DNA of 55,436 nucleotides from Acanthaster planci (Eukaryota): NCBI RefSeq assembly GCF_001949145.1, contig NW_019091359.1, positions 1,257,976 to 1,313,411 of the forward strand, read 5' to 3'. Shown piece by piece: positions 25,101 to 35,500 of this stretch (position 1 is its first letter; each line of letters starts with the position of its first letter). The notes under the pieces were generated by a model. It saw only the letters and a program-made list of their open reading frames with translations, ran no database searches and was not told where the DNA came from. The position numbers and the translations under genes were made by a program.

Positions 25101-26081
25101 AATTTTTCTGTAGGATTTGAGCACCATGCGCACAGGGTGTCAAAATGGCATCCGCATGTGGAATTCTTTCCCGTACATTTGACAGGTGCAAGTATCGCTG
25201 TCTGACTTATAATAATACCCCCCCCCGAACTAGTCAGGAACACCGTCTTTGAAACTAATTATCCATTTGTGTTCAGAATTATAGAAATGCTTGGAACAAT
25301 CTGTCATTTCCAGATTTATTTCTGTAAAACCTGTGAAAAATTGGCCACAACACTTTTGAGTCACCAGTCTATACAGACAAGAACATCTACCGGTAACACA
25401 GAAAACTGGAAGGCCCAGGCCCTACTGCACGACACTTTCCTGAGGAATGTCTTCAAACTGAAAGTTGTGCCTGGGCATTTTTCTGAACACAACCAGATGG
25501 TTATTTTCCAAGATTTTGCTGTTCCAGTCTGATTTTGGTAGGGGTATTCCAATCCATCCCATGGCACACACCCACCTACATATAACTAGCCTACATGTAC
25601 TCACAATGGTTATGACAGTATTATGAATAACTTAACGAGCAAGGCCTCACGGTTTACACATCATATCACATCACATATGATTGGATAGGGCCTAAATTTA
25701 GGCCTTATTAATAATGGCCATTTAAGGCCCGGGCCCCTACATGACATCGAGGGCCTGAGTAATCTACCGGCTATGGAAAGGTCTGTTGATGAAAATCCTA
25801 CCAGTACCAAAACACCTTCAACCTGCACAGTCCATTGGTACCACCAGTTTTTTCCGACTGGTTTTGTTTCTGTTATCGGGAACTTTCACTCGGGACACAA
25901 CGTACGTGGGCCGGCCCCACCATAGGCTACTGTAGTAGATTTGTGCACAGATAATGACCGACTACATGGCTAGCGCCCTCCATGGGCGGCGTTTGTTGCA
26001 GGGCAGTTGCTACGTGTAGCGGTTATAAAACTTTGAGAAAAGGGGGAAATAGGCTTTATACTCACTGTTGCCAAAACTTAC

Positions 26082-26238
26082 CGAATTTTCTGACGTTTTT
26101 CCATAACTGGACTGTAAACCACGTCAGTAGTTCTCTTTGTATTAGTTGCGCGTTCATCATTATAAGGGGGAAATTGGTTTGGACCACGACGGACAGTCAT
26201 CGTGAAAATCGAAAAAACCTGTGAAAAATATCAACTGA
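26082..26238 (-). promoter_or_regulatory. Probable non-coding first exon / TSS region of SLC2A13
   Basis: Inr-like TCAGTT at 26238-26233, perfect donor G|gtaagt at 26081 (alternative |gtgagt at 26065), CpG-richer context; the first coding exon has an acceptor that needs an upstream exon. Confidence 0.5.
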
Positions 26239-27839
26239 ATTACATATTGGCGATGTCTATAGGCCTAGGTACATCAAGATGCGGCGCAACAAGATGGGAA
26301 TTCTTCAAGTGCTCCCTCTTGGAGGGGAGCCTGGCTGCGCCACTGCAACTTATCTGAATGAAATTGATCATTATATCCAGTTCAGTATCAAAGCACACAC
26401 ATAAAGTCTCTTCCGTTTTCTGTCACCTTGCAGTAAATCATCACTGGTAGATATTTCAACAAAAAGTGTTCTGTCATATCATGGAGGAAGGAGGGGTAGC
26501 ACTGCCTTTTACAGTCCAGAACCGAGCTTTACGGACTGCCTTATCCCGACTCCCAAACATCTAGACCACACTGATGTGCCTTTAATGCAATGAAGACAAA
26601 TCATTTTAATCTGAGTGTCTGAGGACCTTCCCCGGGATAATGGACGTTACAGAGGGGTAGAAGATAGTATGGTGTTCACTCCGTAATTTTCGATATAAAA
26701 AAATTGTTTCGCCCACATAATTCCAAGACAAAGGAACCCACTATTTCCATTCTGGCCCTCCATACTGACTTTATTTGAGCATTTAATTAAAGGTGACTGT
26801 TAATCATGTATAGCAAACTCATAATTTCATAGAGATGTCCGGAGCATGGTCATTTCGCAAGAATGTTCGTCTTCCATCTAATGACGTACCTGGCTACTTT
26901 TTCAATCGAATCTGCCAAACTTTCCAAACGCCGATATCAACTATACGTATCTGGAAATTTATTTATGGACGAAAAAAGGCGACGTCCGTTTTAGACAAAA
27001 ATTCCCACTTTGTCCCCTACCCCTGACTCAAAAATTAGATATCCCGTTGCAGTTTTTGCTGTTTGAATATCTCTGGTTCTGCTCCAATGTTTAGACAGGT
27101 TATTCTTTTGAAAAACAAGTTAGCTTTGGTGTCCTTTTAAAGAAGATTAAACAGCCAGAATTTAAAGCAGAAACTAAAACATTCCATTCTTTGGCCAGGT
27201 TCTGTGTATAGTTTACACCAGATAGCACCCTCCTCTACTTACTTGATACTTGGTTAGTTTCCTCCTGACACATCCTCCAGGGATCTTGACGAGGAGGTCA
27301 AGATTCCTCTTCTGGGGGATTAAACTTAAGGTTCCATGCATGTTTCACCGTGCTGTGCCGGTCTTATCGTCTGAATAGGAAGTCAACTGCGGACATAATT
27401 TCAAAGTTTACAGCACTGTTTTGTCCACACCAAATCCTGGGGGGGGGGGTACCAGGAGCAGAGGCCTCAGGAGCGAGGGAGGGGCCGTGTACCGTTGTCT
27501 TTCAGACCTTTGAATATTTGGGATGGGCAAATTTGCCCTGAGATTTCTTCCAGCCCAGTCTGTTTGTTCAGGACGTCCTTCGGGGACTTTTCGGCTTCCC
27601 TGATGTGCATCTTTAAATGACTTCCCGCCCGACACTTTCACAGCAGCGGCTCGAATCTTCCTTTTCAGTCAATATTGGAGTGTCACCCAAGAAACGGATG
27701 CCTTTGTTAAGAATCACATCGGTGACAACATTTTTTGCCCCTTGCCGTGTACTAATATTTGTCATGAGTGCATCAAGCACCATGGGAAGGCCCTCGTTGC
27801 TGTTAGTAACTTATGCCGGGGGGAATACAGCCCAAGAGC

Positions 27840-27916
27840 TCCACAAACTTTGTCGTCAGACGCCAGAAGCCGCAGAGTGGTTGTGAGGAGTAAGCAGCCG
27901 CATTTTGCCAGGCAAG
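27840..27916 (+). other. Probable non-coding first exon of the EGF-peptide precursor gene (5' boundary approximate)
   Basis: Strong donor AAG|gtaaga at 27917 upstream of the acceptor ttttgacag| before 28301. Confidence 0.5.
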
Positions 27917-28318
27917 GTAAGAATAGCAAACTCAAGACACTACATTTTCGACCTGATATTGTAGAGAAAGTTTTTTTTTAATAATTTTAATATCCGTTTC
28001 AAGTGATCGCATGTACTGCATTTTTTTTTTCGGGAAGAAATAATTCTGGGAAACTTTCTTGATTGCATTTTGCCCATGTGCTCATTTTAGTAATTTTCTC
28101 AAGCCAGGTAACAGATTGAAGGGAAGTTCGGTTTGCTGTCGTGGGCGTGGTCTAGCATAAGTAAAAAAAATTAACAAATTAAATGCGATGTCTCTTGATC
28201 CCTGTTATTGCAGAATTACTGCTCAGTTTCACAGCTTAATTTTTGACAAACCAAAACCACTTTCGTAGTGTCCTCATCAAATCATTTTATATTTTGACAG
28301 ATAAACGAACAGCTGACG

Positions 28319-28376
28319 ATGAAAACCCTTGCGATCTCCACCATAGCATTGGCGCTATGCATCGCCCTAACTCAAG
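28319..28376 (+). CDS. Signal-peptide exon MKTLAISTIALALCIALTQ(G)
   Basis: ACGATGA start context, basic-hydrophobic-small residue signal pattern, AAG|gtaaaa donor, phase 1. Confidence 0.85.
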
Positions 28377-30144
28377 GTAAAACATGCATCATGCATGACA
28401 TAACATTTTACTTGAACTTCTCATTCTGATATGTTGTAATTAGTATTTTCTATACAGAGTCACTGATGTAGTAAAATAATGAAGTTATTTTTGGCCAAAA
28501 AACATTAAATACATTTCTTTTGACAGAAAAATAAAATAGAAATAACACAAAACCAGGACATGTGAGAAAACGAAAATTTGGATAATTTCTCGTTATAAAT
28601 GAAGCCTTTAACATTAACACCGATATGAGAGTTCAAACACTGTCACTATACGAAAGCGCTTCACGAATGCCTTATTATACATGAGTTAAAGAAACATTTT
28701 CTGATGACGGTTTAAAAGGGAGAAGGAAATAATTTGTGGGTGTACTGCAATCATATTCCTCTGGCGTCAATAGACAAAAAAATCACTGGACACGAAAAAC
28801 GGGACTGCAGATCAAAAACTGATTTGCTGACTTTATTTGCCCCGTAATTAAGGGAACTTATCCCTTATATTGGTATTGCTGACAAAAAATTCCCCACCTA
28901 AGTTACTATTTGCGAGGGGGGAAAATCCAATTTTGCGTACAAAGTACAAGATGAGAACAATGTTGAAAAAAGTGTATACATTGGGTTCTTCTGTCTTCCG
29001 AGGCCATTTTAGTTTTAGAAAGTCGTCATCAGGAATAAAATTTATCGGTTAAATTTAAAATTTATCGGTTAAAACAGCTGTTTTGTCGATAGGCTTAGGA
29101 CTGTTGTAAAAACAAAGGTGGGAACAAGTAAGCATTATGCTGATTCTATGAATAACAAATTCCCTGTTGTTCAATGACTGATTCAAACTATCACCCACTT
29201 CATCTGCGTTCAGGGTCCGAGACAGACAAACTCAGCACGCGTTCCAGCTCCTGCCTCCGTCTCATGATCGTCTCTAACAATTGCAACAACCACGGCTACT
29301 GCTCTCAGGGCAACAACGGCTGGGCGTGTCGGTGTGACGATGGTTGGGGCGGACGCGACTGCGTCAAAGGCAAGAGTTCGGTGTATTTGGGCGAATATTT
29401 CCATGCCCCAAATAATACCTACTGCCACTCACGTTGTTTTTTTTTTGCACTCTACGGTTTTTTTGTATTAAGTTTAAAATCTTCTCTTATGACATTTTGT
29501 ATGTGATAAATGACAACTATGGATCTGTTAGGAATTTTGGGTTACGGTTTAACAAGTTTACAGAGAGAACACTATCTCGCCAACTTCTCAAACCGCAGGG
29601 AATGTTGAATACAAGTATTTGCTATCATTTTTGTGACACTTTCAGCTTTCTATACTGGATCTGCAAATTGGCAAAGACTCTGATTAACCATGCAGAAGGG
29701 AATTGCCACAGTCTAATGTGGCGATCTCTGGTCCAATGTGTTTCGTGTGAAGATGGGCTACAGCTGCGTCAGAAGCCCTTCTTCTTCCCACGATAATTTA
29801 ATGCTTTGCCTCCTCAGCGCCACTTTCGGCATTTACACGCTTAACTAGTCACATCAAGGACTTTTGCAGGACATTGTTTTAAGGAAAGGAGGCAAAAAAT
29901 TTCTTTTTGCAAGTAAACAAGCCAGATGCATTCTGTAGTTTTCATCATTTTTGTTGGCTTTTATGAAACTGAAGTCTGTTTTATTGCCGAACCCAACGAT
30001 CCAAAGTGACTCTTTCCCTCTGCAGAAATGAAGCCGGCTGGCAAGAGGCAGCTTGCAGGCGAACAGGAAGGAGCCGTAGAGGGCGGGCAGAAGCTGCGTA
30101 AAAAGAAACTAGAGAATCTGCTCAAACGCCTCTTGAAGGAATAG
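28319..30144 (+). CDS. Secreted single-EGF-domain prepropeptide, 110 aa, 3 coding exons (28319-28376, 29214-29369, 30026-30144)
   Basis: Spliced product: MKTLAISTIALALCIALTQG-SETDKLSTR-SSSCLRLMIVSNNCNNHGYCSQGNNGWACRCDDGWGGRDCVKEMKPA-GKR-QLAGEQEGAVEGGQKLRKKKLENLLKRLLKE*. Both introns are phase 1. Confidence 0.85.
29036..29073. repeat. Tandem duplication, 20-bp period
   Basis: taaaatttatcggttaaa occurs twice. Confidence 0.85.
29214..29369 (+). CDS. EGF-like domain exon (C-x9-C-x5-C-x8-C-x-C-x8-C)
   Basis: ttcag| acceptor, GC3-rich, six Cys with CxCxxGWxGxDC; donor is probably AAG|gcaaga (GC type). Confidence 0.88.
30026..30144 (+). CDS. C-terminal exon with GKR amidation/cleavage site and basic Leu-rich tail
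   Basis: tctttccctctgcag| acceptor, phase 1, GC-rich coding-like sequence, TAG ends at 30144. Confidence 0.78.
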
Positions 30145-30718
30145 TCAGGTTGTGGTGAGCAATCGTCTCTGGATGCTGGGCAGTTGAAGCCGACAGAGGA
30201 TTTGTTTCATTTTTAAAAAGGGAAGGTCTTGATGACAGATGATCAAATCAGAGTTCCATTTCCCCCTTAGATGCAGGGATTAAAACGCAATAATATTTGT
30301 CAACAAAAAACAAACCGTAAACCTTTAAAGCTCTTTGCATGTTGAAATTAAAATTGCCATGGCCAACTTCCAACTTGAGTTCATTTATACGAGACCAAAA
30401 TATTGTGAAATTGAATTACATGTAAGTTAATTTCCCCCAAATAATTTGTCCAACAAATGCCTACAATGGGTTGGTGTCCAATGATTCCGCCTTTTTACAG
30501 GGGATAGTTTCCAAACAGAGGCTTTAAGGAGTTCTTATTTGTGCTGTAATGTTCAGTTTATGGCTTATGAGTCTTGTATTCATTATTGTAGTTACATCTA
30601 AAATAGTGATTGCAGTAAATAATGCAAATACGATGGAAAAACTGATTGAGGTAAATATGGAAATGGAATGTTTATAATCAAGTACTAAGAAAACATACAC
30701 AAAGTAAAGAACACTTTT

Positions 30719-30724
30719 AATAAA
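30719..30724 (+). terminator. Candidate poly(A) signal of the EGF-peptide gene
   Basis: AATAAA followed by a T-rich tract. Confidence 0.6.
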
Positions 30725-30732
30725 AAACACTG

Positions 30733-30738
30733 TTTATT
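30733..30738 (-). terminator. Candidate poly(A) signal of the minus-strand uncharacterised gene
   Basis: AATAAA on the minus strand followed by a GT/T-rich downstream element. Confidence 0.55.
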
Positions 30739-32303
30739 TTTTTCAGCAAAAAAGAGATAGTTTACACTGAGAAAATAGAATTTGACAATGAGTAGCACCC
30801 ACAGACTTATTTTTACATAATCTTTAAAATAAAAAAGGATATTACAATTCATTTAACAAGATGCAATGGACGGATGCAAAATGCAAACACATTTAAATTT
30901 AAACAAAATCATTTCGTAATTTTTACTTTAAATTACGAGCAAATATTTTGTCAAACTCAGTTTTTAAATAAGGCTATTTACAAATGGTAAATAAAATTGT
31001 ACTTGTTTGGATGGAATCAATCATAAAAACTGCAGAAAATAATTTTTGTTCACTTCAAATGAATTGAAAGATACCTATAACTTTCAAAAACGGTGTTACT
31101 GAAAAATCCGCAAACACAAGATATGACATGAACTGTGCTTCAGAACAATGTATTTTTAGGCACACAAACTCATCCCTAACCCCAAAACACTTGAGCAATT
31201 CTTTCAAACCTTGGCTAGAGTTCAGACTGTGTCACACAATCGTTTCAAATTTTCGGCTATGCGAGCCTTCACGCACCTTCTCTGAAGCCAGACAATGAAC
31301 CTTTTCCAAAAACGGCAGCAGTGTCTAAATTTGGCAATGTTGGCAGTGGCTGTTGCTGTTTTGCCAGTGGAATGCTGCTTTAACTAGCCAGTTACTGACA
31401 AAAATATTCATTCAGATACAACCCACGAATCACGGCATTAATGCCAGATACTTTTTAAAAGGCACTCTCCAAACTTCAGCAGTCTTTCCTTGTTAGGACA
31501 GCTTAGCTTAAGGACGCAATGGAAACTCGGCGTCTATAAACATTCCTTACTTTAATTTGAATGCACTTATGTGACTACAACAGTCACAGATTTTTGTTTT
31601 CAGAATTGTTCAGGACAGAATGGAATGCTACACATATACACGTTTATGCTTTAATTTCAAAGCACTTTCATGGCCTTAATGGTAATCCCCCCCGGGCTTG
31701 GGGAATCCCTGTTACATGTTGCTCCATCTTTCTTTCTGGCCAAAGCCTGTAGGAAGTTGTTTGGACACCGCTGAATACAATTTGGACATGCCGTCCTCGT
31801 TTAATGACACATTTTGGGCAAACTTCTGACTCACATTGATGAACAATCAAAAGATTCCCATTGGCTGTGCACTCAAAAAACTGGAGATTCATATATGGCA
31901 GTGGGAAATACTAATACAAATAGTCACAAATCCTTAGCCTGATGAGCACCACTGTCAAGTGTTCCTGATGATTAACTCTCATACAATGGTGTGTGGGCTC
32001 AACCCCCATACGTACCATAGGAAGTGTGTTGTTTGGTTAAGGCACTTAAAGGGGGAGTGCCTCTTACAACCAATGAATATAAACAGTAATACCTATAAGG
32101 GGAGAGCACAGATTGTTGCTGCAGAAAACTAGGCTCATGGCCCAGTGAACGGGGGTAACAATTGTACACCACTGGCCAACTGGAGCAGGACCATCAATCC
32201 TTTTTTTTTTTGCAGTAAAAAGTGCAACAGAAACCACGAGTCACCCAGGGTTCAGTGTTTTCAACCTCCAGTGGCCGCCGAGGCCAATGTCGCCAGCAAA
32301 GCA

Positions 32304-32542
32304 TCACGGTTTGCCGGCAGCACTGGCCACGATGGGCTTCCACATGAACTCCTGGCCCTGGGCAAAGTCGCCCTGGCCCAGTAGGTGGACGGCTGGCTTG
32401 TAGTCCTCCAAGGCCGTCAAGCTGAGGGGCTGCCATTCCTTGCGGGCCGTCTGGATCTTGCGTTGCCCACTGCTGGATTGAGATGCAAGGGAGGAGGACA
32501 GGGGAGGCGCTGTGCTGGAACGGACCATGCTCAGACCTGGTG
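32304..32542 (-). CDS. Last coding exon: APGLSMVRSS...EWQPLSLTALEDYKPAVHLLGQGDFAQGQEFMWKPIVASAAGKP*
   Basis: caacag| acceptor, phase 1, TGA ends at 32304. Confidence 0.82.
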
Positions 32543-35500
32543 CTGTTGAACCAAACAAGGAGTGAAACACTGTATTAACAACAGCTGACATCATACCTAT
32601 AAATAGTTATGTAGATCAGAGAAAGGTATATGCAAATTTTCCAATACGTTGAAGGATGTAAAAAATACGGCATGTCCAAAACAAATATGGTAGCAGATGA
32701 CCGAAAATTAAAAGAGCTATACTGACAAAATGAATGTTCACTGAAAAGACTGGCAAACCATAACCTACGGAAGTAGCCTGGTAACCCACCAAGTTCTGCT
32801 GGTCTCACAGCATGTTTAAAAACTTATCACCACGCTTTAAAATCTGGCCTCCAAGTTTTAAATTCGGGAGACGCATTTACCTTTGGGAATATTTCGACAA
32901 TATTATCTAGAGGAAAAAAGCTGTTACAAATGTCTAAAACTTCTCTCCTTTCCTGGAAAAAAAATAACTTTAAGATGAGCAGGAATGTAAAACCTGAACT
33001 GAATTTTTTTGGGCAGGGGGATCAGGGTCCTTATATTGGCCCTGAATCCCGAGGTAATGACTTAAGAATACCTAGTTCATGATGAAGAAGCCCCCAAATC
33101 ACCTTACCTAGCTTTGTCTTTGTCCCATCACCACCTCCGTTGTCTTCTAAGGAGGCCCTGGCCATCACTTCCTTCCCAGGGATGAACCGACCGGTGGCAT
33201 CCCTCTTGTCCTCCCAGCGTTTGCGGAACTGACCAGGCACGGTGGCAGCTGCCTCCGTTAGGAACGAGAGCTTCTGGGGCTTCTTGTCCTTAGCGGCCGG
33301 GGGCTGCTCCTCGTCGGGGAGGTCAGGAAGCGAATCCCAGCTCATCGAGTCATCATCGTTGTCATTGGCGTCGTAGCAGTCCGTATCTTGCTGGTCTTGG
33401 GGGTTTCTGCTGGGCCGCTGCTGTTTGGCCGGGGTGGGCGGTAGGTCCTCCAGCGGGGGGAGTTGGAGATGTGGGGAGGGCATCTCCCTCAGCCACTTCT
33501 TGTAACTTGGCTCCTCTTCGTCACTACCCTGGATGTTAAACGTACAGAAAATGATCGATCATTTCAACAGACTGAGAAAGAAAGTCCTCACTGAAGTGAG
33601 GTTTCTGAAGATGATAGTAGACATGCTTGTAAAATGGACCAAGTACGAAACTTCTTAACCCTCAAAGAGCCCTTTTTTTGGCCTTGTCACAGCCGGGGGG
33701 GGAGGCAGAATCTGCCCCCTCAGATCTCGGCCATACGATGATGTATTTTAATGAAATTTGGCAGTGTCATAGAGGCATACATACTAATCATTTGTGTGAA
33801 ATTATATGTAAATTAAGTAAGTTTTTGCATAATTTTGACTCATTAATTATTCATGATACAAATTTTTACCATCTTCTTTCGATTGTCAGGTGATTTTATT
33901 GTATTTTTCACATCAAAGATGCTGTATGGATTGTATATTCATTGGAAATGAAACTAGAGATGCTATGAGCTGTATACAATAATTGGTATAAGTTAATTAT
34001 ACAATTAATAGACCTTCCCCAAAGCAAGAGACTTCCTGACAAAAGGAAACCACTGCCCTTTGTACAATGTACTTCTGTGTACAAAGTCAATAGTAAATTT
34101 CACATCATACTTCACCCTGCCTCCTAAAATTCTTCACCGAGAGAAACGCCACGTCCAATTTTCATAAATTGGGGTCAAAATGAGGCCAATACATTGGAAA
34201 AAATTGTCATAAAGTATCAGCAGGCAGAAATTAATCCCGGAGATTCTATAAGCAAAAATCAACGGGGGGGGGCAGATTCTGCCATCCCCCGGCTCTTTGA
34301 GGGGTAATGTTTGTCAAAAGTACAGACATAACAAGACCTAGAAATGACCTCACAACCATGCACTTATGTGATGACATTTGTGCACACTCAGAAGAAAACT
34401 CCTCTACAAAATTATGTGTAGAAGTGTACGGCCATGGTGTGTGAGCTCTGCACGAAGATAACACAGTGCTCTCTGTTCTGCAGGCATAGCATCAACATTT
34501 CATACAGCCCGCCTCATCCATAAGGCAATCACTCCTAACACACAGGAGATCCGGTGGGAAACTCAGGATAGATAAGGAGTCGTCGTCTTTGATTGACTGC
34601 CTCAAGTCAGCTGATGGTACCAATGATGATGTCGGGAATACTTGATTAATTCACTTCATACAGGAATGAGATCCTTTTGTGTACAGTGGCCTGGTACACT
34701 CAGCATACAGATAACATCTCCCATTTCAACGAACCTCGTCAATCCAGGACGGGTGGTATCGCAACGGCCCCTCTGTCCCCTTCAAGTTGTTGAAGTCCGG
34801 TATGGGGTTGTTAAAGAGCAGCACTGTAGCCTTGTCTTCGTTGGTCATCGCTGCACGATACATCAGCTCCACTTTCTTCTGGACATCCTTGACCCGCTGG
34901 TGATAGCTGCCATCTTGAAGCCGCTCACCATCGGGAACCTGATGGGACAGGAGGAGAGAAAAAGAGACAGTTACAGTGATGAGAAGAGTTTCGACAATTC
35001 TCGGAAACCCTGAGAAATGGACAACACAATTCAATTCATTTCATTCATCATGGAGTATAAAATGATAAAAACCTGGAGATATCATTGAGTAAAGAGTGGT
35101 ATTTGAGAACTGACGTTCTAGCTTTGCAGTATGCCCAAGTAGGCTCGTAAATCAAAGGCTATGTGGACAAACACTTTAAGTATTATGGTAAATTCTGATA
35201 CCCTGCTGCTTTCAATAAAAGAAGTCATCAGTATAATACATGGAACGAATTTAGCCTTTGAAATAGTTTCATATACAGAGCAACGAAACATTGAAAATTT
35301 AAAATTCATTCACTCTGCACTGGAAACAAAACAAAACTTTAGGAGACAAGTTGTTAACATCTTGACCCAATCACTGTGCTAAACTTTAAATTTGAGTTTT
35401 CAAATTGTGAAGTACAACAATGTGCTTTATTAAATTTGTGTTTTCCGTTTCATATTTTGTAAGTGTCTTTCAGAGAGCTACCTATTGCCAGAATGTACCG

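Noticed and set aside
27280..27308. Short hairpin gggatcttgac...gtcaagattcc
   Set aside because: An 11-bp imperfect stem is expected by chance or from repeat debris; no further support.
29174..29506. Unspliced 110-aa ORF read as an EGF plus transmembrane ligand
   Set aside because: The hydrophobic tail derives from T-rich intron sequence and the ORF has no signal peptide; the spliced model explains the region better, though intron retention cannot be excluded.
31940..31975. Hammerhead ribozyme core (CTGATGA plus short stem)
   Set aside because: No GAAA after stem II; the other CTGATGA sites I checked also lack the architecture.
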